Below, in pieces: positions 60,012-64,000 of a DNA stretch of 64,000 nt. Made by a program: the position numbers and the translations under genes. The notes under the pieces were generated by a model. The model was given only the letters and a program-made list of their open reading frames with translations. It had not been told where the DNA came from and made no database searches. Source of the stretch: a virus; the IMG/VR virus record IMGVR_UViG_3300013212_000072, positions 17,299 to 81,298 of that record; one strand, 5' to 3'. Each line of letters starts with the position of its first letter. Position 1 is the stretch's first letter.

Positions 60012-60226
60012 TAAAAAAAGATTTTTTACAAATGATCGAGCAGGAATTCGACGATTTTGAAGCCGAAAAAAACAAAAAAAAGAATATTAAAATGATGTTA
60101 GATTTTAACTCATCAAAATACTCGCATAACACAAAAGAATTTAAAATGACCGGTCTAAAATTAAAGCCCAGGTTAAAAAGTTCAGTATTTACTAAAGACA
60201 ATAATAAAGGAAATTCACTTTTTTAA
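60008..60226 (+). CDS. Hypothetical protein
   Basis: ATGA-overlap ORF. Confidence 0.55.
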   Translation: MIKKDFLQMIEQEFDDFEAEKNKKKNIKMMLDFNSSKYSHNTKEFKMTGLKLKPRLKSSVFTKDNNKGNSLF

Positions 60227-60235
60227 AACTATTAT

Positions 60236-60664
60236 ATGACAGATGTCAAAGATAAAATAACACAACTTGACGAATACCTAATTAAACAAAGAGAAGATTG
60301 GACCCAAAAAATAAAGGGTTTAACCGAAGAACTTAAGTTAGGTAACAATTTAGAAACTGTAAGTGCATATACGCTTAGTTATCGACAAATATTGGTTGAA
60401 CACTTAGCAACCATGGGTAACAGAATCAAAACCCAAAAATCAGTAGTAGACCGAAAGTATAAAGATAAATGGATTGAGTATTATAGTTATGACTATAAGC
60501 TCACTGATAAAATGCGCGAAAAATTCGTTGATGCAGACATCGCAGACGATACAAACATCCTTGAGTTATTAGTGACTCAAAAAAGTTTTTTTGAGGGATC
60601 AATTAAAACACTCGACAACATGGGCTTTGCAATCAAAAATAGGTTGGACATTAGTCGTTTATAA
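60236..60664 (+). CDS. uvsY: Recombination mediator, UvsY-like
   Basis: Helical 142-aa protein, W.EYYS...FVDAD...F.EG.IKTLDNMGFAIKN; immediately upstream of uvsW. Confidence 0.7.
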   Translation: MTDVKDKITQLDEYLIKQREDWTQKIKGLTEELKLGNNLETVSAYTLSYRQILVEHLATMGNRIKTQKSVVDRKYKDKWIEYYSYDYKLTDKMREKFVDADIADDTNILELLVTQKSFFEGSIKTLDNMGFAIKNRLDISRL

Positions 60665-60680
60665 AAATATCAAATGAAGT

Positions 60681-62036
60681 TTGATTTTAACATTAACGGA
60701 TGACAATCAATTTTTAAGGATTGATGAAGCAACCGAAATTGAGTTAGAGCAGATTAGAATCTCTTTGACTAAAAGAATAGAGAGCTGGAGGTTTCACCCT
60801 CTGGTTAAACGTGGAGTTTGGGATGGATACGTATCATATATTAAAGATGATAAATGGATTCCAGCCGGTCTTTGGCGCCATGTCATGTCAACTTGCAAAG
60901 AATATAGATACGAACTTAAAATAGATGGTATCAAAAGACTTATTGACTCAAACATAAATGCAGAACAATTCGAAGAATGGTCATTGGACTTCTTTAAGGG
61001 TTCTCAGTTTACACCTCGTGACTATCAAATAGAAACTGCATATAACATTTTAAAATTTAGAAAGTGTCTAGCAGAGCTTGCAACTTCAGCAGGTAAGACA
61101 TTAATTAGCTTTTTGACCGTTGCATACATGCTTGAAAAGGGACATGCTCAACGGATTCTTTTCATTGTACCAAATGTTTCATTGGTGGTACAGGCCCACG
61201 AAGATTTCCATGAATATAATTATAAAAATCGAATTGACCTAAGAATCCAACAAATATTTGCGGGACAAGAGATTAAAAAGAACAAAAATATAATTATTGG
61301 AACCTATCAATCACTAATTAAAAAAGAACCCGCCTATTTTGCAGAGTTCGACGCAGTTATTGTTGATGAAACTCACAAGGCAAAAGGAGCCAGCATTAAA
61401 GAGATTCTTAGCAAATGTGTTAATGCAAAATATAGGTTTGGACTTTCAGGTACAATACCCAAAGACGGTACACTTGATAAATTAACCTTAATGAGTCAGA
61501 CTGGACCGGTTATTAGTGAAGTTAAGGCAAGTTTCCTACAAGAGCAGGGGCATATTGCTCAATGTGTTGTTAAAGTTATTGAAATGAACTATGCAACTCC
61601 AAAACAGCGAACAGCTTTTATGGAATTGGCCCAAAACCGATACGATAATAAAGACGTGTTCTCATTGGAACAAAACTTTGTAATCACTAGCGATGCGCGA
61701 CTTAATTTTATTTCAAACGTAATTGCAAGAGTTCCCAGAAACTCATTAGTGCTTTTCCATCGAATAGAACATGGACAGAGACTCTATGAAAAGCTCCGAC
61801 AAGAGAGCAACAAAAGGGTATTTTATGTTGATGGTGGAACTGCTTCCGAAATCCGAGAGGAATATAAAAAGAAGATGGAGGCTTCTGCAGATCCTTACTC
61901 TATAATAGAGTTTGGTAATAAAAAAATTGAAGTCCCTCAATACACTAATGTTCCTCTTTCAAATGGGACATTTAAACTTGCTAAAAATATAACATTAGAT
62001 GATGATGTGCTAGATGAATGGATTGATTCTAATTAA
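60681..62036 (+). CDS. uvsW: UvsW-like SF2 helicase, N-terminal fragment ending in a 50-aa foreign tail
   Basis: WDG, PRDYQ, ATSAGKT, IVP, GTYQS, VDETH, GLSGT, LVLF..IEHG, YVDG. Motifs V and VI are absent. Confidence 0.88.
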   Translation: MILTLTDDNQFLRIDEATEIELEQIRISLTKRIESWRFHPLVKRGVWDGYVSYIKDDKWIPAGLWRHVMSTCKEYRYELKIDGIKRLIDSNINAEQFEEWSLDFFKGSQFTPRDYQIETAYNILKFRKCLAELATSAGKTLISFLTVAYMLEKGHAQRILFIVPNVSLVVQAHEDFHEYNYKNRIDLRIQQIFAGQEIKKNKNIIIGTYQSLIKKEPAYFAEFDAVIVDETHKAKGASIKEILSKCVNAKYRFGLSGTIPKDGTLDKLTLMSQTGPVISEVKASFLQEQGHIAQCVVKVIEMNYATPKQRTAFMELAQNRYDNKDVFSLEQNFVITSDARLNFISNVIARVPRNSLVLFHRIEHGQRLYEKLRQESNKRVFYVDGGTASEIREEYKKKMEASADPYSIIEFGNKKIEVPQYTNVPLSNGTFKLAKNITLDDDVLDEWIDSN

Positions 62037-62053
62037 ATGAAGATATATAAAAT

Positions 62054-62399
62054 ATGAAACCAACATCACATAAAAACATATCAAATGAAGAGGCAGCGGT
62101 TGTTATCGTTGCCTCTTATTGACGGAACGTTTTCAACCGGTATTTCAATTAAAAAAATACACAACATATTTTTCACAGAATCTTTTAAATCAGAAGTGAT
62201 TATCCGACAATCTATTGGTCGTGGACTTCGACAACACCACTCAAAAGACAAGGTGCTAATTGTTGATTTCGTCGATGATATTAGAACAATAGAATGGGAT
62301 AACTATTTGTACAAACACAGCAAAGTACGCCAATCTATTTATAAACAAGAGAAATTTGAATACACCGTAAAGAAAGTGGATTTTGATGGAGATATATAA
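62054..62399 (+). CDS. UvsW C-terminal fragment (motifs V-VI) with a 4-nt frame disruption at ~62120
   Basis: ATG 62054 gives MKPTSHKNISNEEAAVVIVASY then TGAC, then GTFSTGISIKKIHNIFF...RQSIGRGLR in the +1 frame. GATATATA at 62042. Confidence 0.75.
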
Positions 62400-62432
62400 A
62401 CATAATAACGTAATAAAAAAACATATTAAAAA

Positions 62433-64000
62433 ATGGCACAAGTAAATAAAATTTCTTCATTTAAGAGTTTTACTGAGGTTAAAAATCAGGAGGCTACAAT
62501 GAAACTAAGAGAAACAAACAATGTAAAAAGACAGGAAACTGTTGGTAAAATTGGAGCAATCCTTGACGAAATGGGGTTAACATCTCTATCTGAATTAGAT
62601 GAAGAGAAAAAACAAGCACTAATTAACAAAATGTTTGGAAATGTTTCTGAAGATGAAGCAGATGATATTGAAGCAGTGATTAATAAATTAGGAGAACCTA
62701 AAAAATTAGAAGAGGGAAATGCATTTATTTTTGCAGCCAGTAAAGCTAAGCAAGACGGAAAATCTGAGTTTGAATTTAATGGTAAAAAATACAAAGTAAC
62801 CATTAAAAAAGATACAGGTCTTAAAGAAGGTAATGCATTTGGAGATGCTGTTAAAAAAGCAAAAGAGGCTGGAAAAGATGAATTCGAATTCGATGGTGAA
62901 ACTTATAAAGTTGAAGAAGATTTAAATTTAAATGAAGGTTCACATGGAATGGCTAAAAAGATACTTCAATCTATCGTTGATGGAGATTCTTCAAGAGCAG
63001 AAGGTATTAAATTATCAAAAGATTTAGCTGATCATTTTTTAAACTGGATTAACACATCTGCATTCGGTAAGAAAAATGAAAACTTACCATTGAACATGTT
63101 AATAAATGCAAGTTTTAACTGGGGAATTGAAAGACAATTAGACCCTAAATTAAAAGGAGAACTTGAAGATTTAAAAGCATCTCAAAAGAAAAATGAATCA
63201 GTAGAATCTATTGATGAAGCTCGTTCAATTGCTAAAATTCAATATGACTGGTCTAAGTTAACAACTTCAATGCAAGCTACCGCACAGAATTGGAAAGCTG
63301 CTGAAGGTTCTGCTAAAGAATCATTACTTGGAAAATTAAAAGAAATGACTGCTCAAAAGAAAGCATTAGAAGCTGAACTCGATGCTACAATTGCTGATAA
63401 AGATAAAGATTTAGAATTGGTAGTCAGTGAAGCATTCTATAGATTACCAAAAGATGTTGTTGGAACTGAATTATATACTGCAAACCAAAACATGCAATCT
63501 CTTTATAGTAGACTTGCTGCCGGAAATGATGTTGACCCAAAAGACATAGATTCTATTATTAAATTATTACAACAAGTAAAATCTCTTACTAAAAAATTTA
63601 ATAGCAAAGAAGACGTTACCGATACTGTTTATGAGGCTGCTACAAAACAATTTGATGTAGACGTTGAAACGTTAATTAAAAATATTAAAAGCGGTTATGG
63701 TTGGATTGAGCCAGAATACGTCGTTGATAACTGGGACAATACGAGTAATGCTATTAGCTTTGATTTAGTTAAAGGAGAAGTTTACAAAAGATTATTCAGT
63801 GCTGGATTATTGTATCATTCTTCGGCTAACGGTAAAGATAAAGGAGCAAAAGTTAAATTAAGCGAATTAGGTGCTTTAGCATTAATGAAAGAATCTGTTA
63901 ATGAAGCTGAAAAGTTTAAAAGCACTAAAGATTTCTTAGATTTCTGCGAGGAAATCGATAGTATGCCAGAGAATAGAATCAAAAGAATCATGGGTAAAGA
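62433..64000 (+). CDS. Internal head (poly)protein candidate, 3'-truncated by window edge; missing from the ORF track
   Basis: ATG 62433, MAQVNKISSFKSFTEVK; open to the window end; two EGNAF...AK..GK.EFEF.G..YKV repeats; GATATATA at 62391. Confidence 0.75.
   Translation, partial: MAQVNKISSFKSFTEVKNQEATMKLRETNNVKRQETVGKIGAILDEMGLTSLSELDEEKKQALINKMFGNVSEDEADDIEAVINKLGEPKKLEEGNAFIFAASKAKQDGKSEFEFNGKKYKVTIKKDTGLKEGNAFGDAVKKAKEAGKDEFEFDGETYKVEEDLNLNEGSHGMAKKILQSIVDGDSSRAEGIKLSKDLADHFLNWINTSAFGKKNENLPLNMLINASFNWGIERQLDPKLKGELEDLKASQKKNESVESIDEARSIAKIQYDWSKLTTSMQATAQNWKAAEGSAKESLLGKLKEMTAQKKALEAELDATIADKDKDLELVVSEAFYRLPKDVVGTELYTANQNMQSLYSRLAAGNDVDPKDIDSIIKLLQQVKSLTKKFNSKEDVTDTVYEAATKQFDVDVETLIKNIKSGYGWIEPEYVVDNWDNTSNAISFDLVKGEVYKRLFSAGLLYHSSANGKDKGAKVKLSELGALALMKESVNEAEKFKSTKDFLDFCEEIDSMPENRIKRIMGK

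Noticed and set aside
61884-62123. Canonical splicing split intein, or T4 gene 60-type ribosomal bypass
   Set aside because: No block A/B catalytic pattern or terminal HN plus nucleophile; no stop immediately after a matched take-off codon.
3230-62803. Minus-strand and nested short ORFs in the track (e.g. 3230, 6816, 7214, 21917, 38334, 52626, 59528, 62486)
   Set aside because: They are shadows of longer + strand genes with recognisable motifs; no independent support.
1-64000. CRISPR array, rRNA, or stop-codon recoding (alternative genetic code)
   Set aside because: No regularly spaced short repeats or rRNA-like sequence were seen; coding density is high under the standard code and TAG/TGA end genes at expected positions.

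Overview
64 kb of an AT-rich, T4-like (myovirus-type) large or jumbo phage genome. Essentially all genes are on the + strand in the standard code. The host is probably Bacteroidota (A-rich leaders with almost no Shine-Dalgarno sequences, TAnnTTTR-type promoters). From 1-15.6 kb lie accessory and DNA-metabolism genes: glycosyltransferase, 3'-5' exonuclease, DnaJ flanked by three UVR-motif proteins, PhoH, RNase HII, UV-damage endonuclease and dCMP deaminase. From 15.6-55.8 kb lie baseplate, neck and tail-fibre genes (gp53-, gp5-, gp13-, gp25-, gp6-, gp3-like) plus a ribosomal protein S1 homologue and an amidoligase. From 56-64 kb lie RuvC-like, gp32 SSB, primase, UvsY, a fractured UvsW and an internal-head polyprotein. 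The most notable structure is five intron-less, intein-less endonuclease cassettes. At least two (phoH, uvsE) sit inside the target gene, carry a diverged replacement 3' end and leave the old 3' end stranded downstream; a third duplicates the 5' end. Three share an interlocking two-stem leader RNA. uvsW is split by a Hint/intein-like tail, a stop, a new late promoter and a 4-nt insertion. All family assignments are by eye from motifs; no database search was run.
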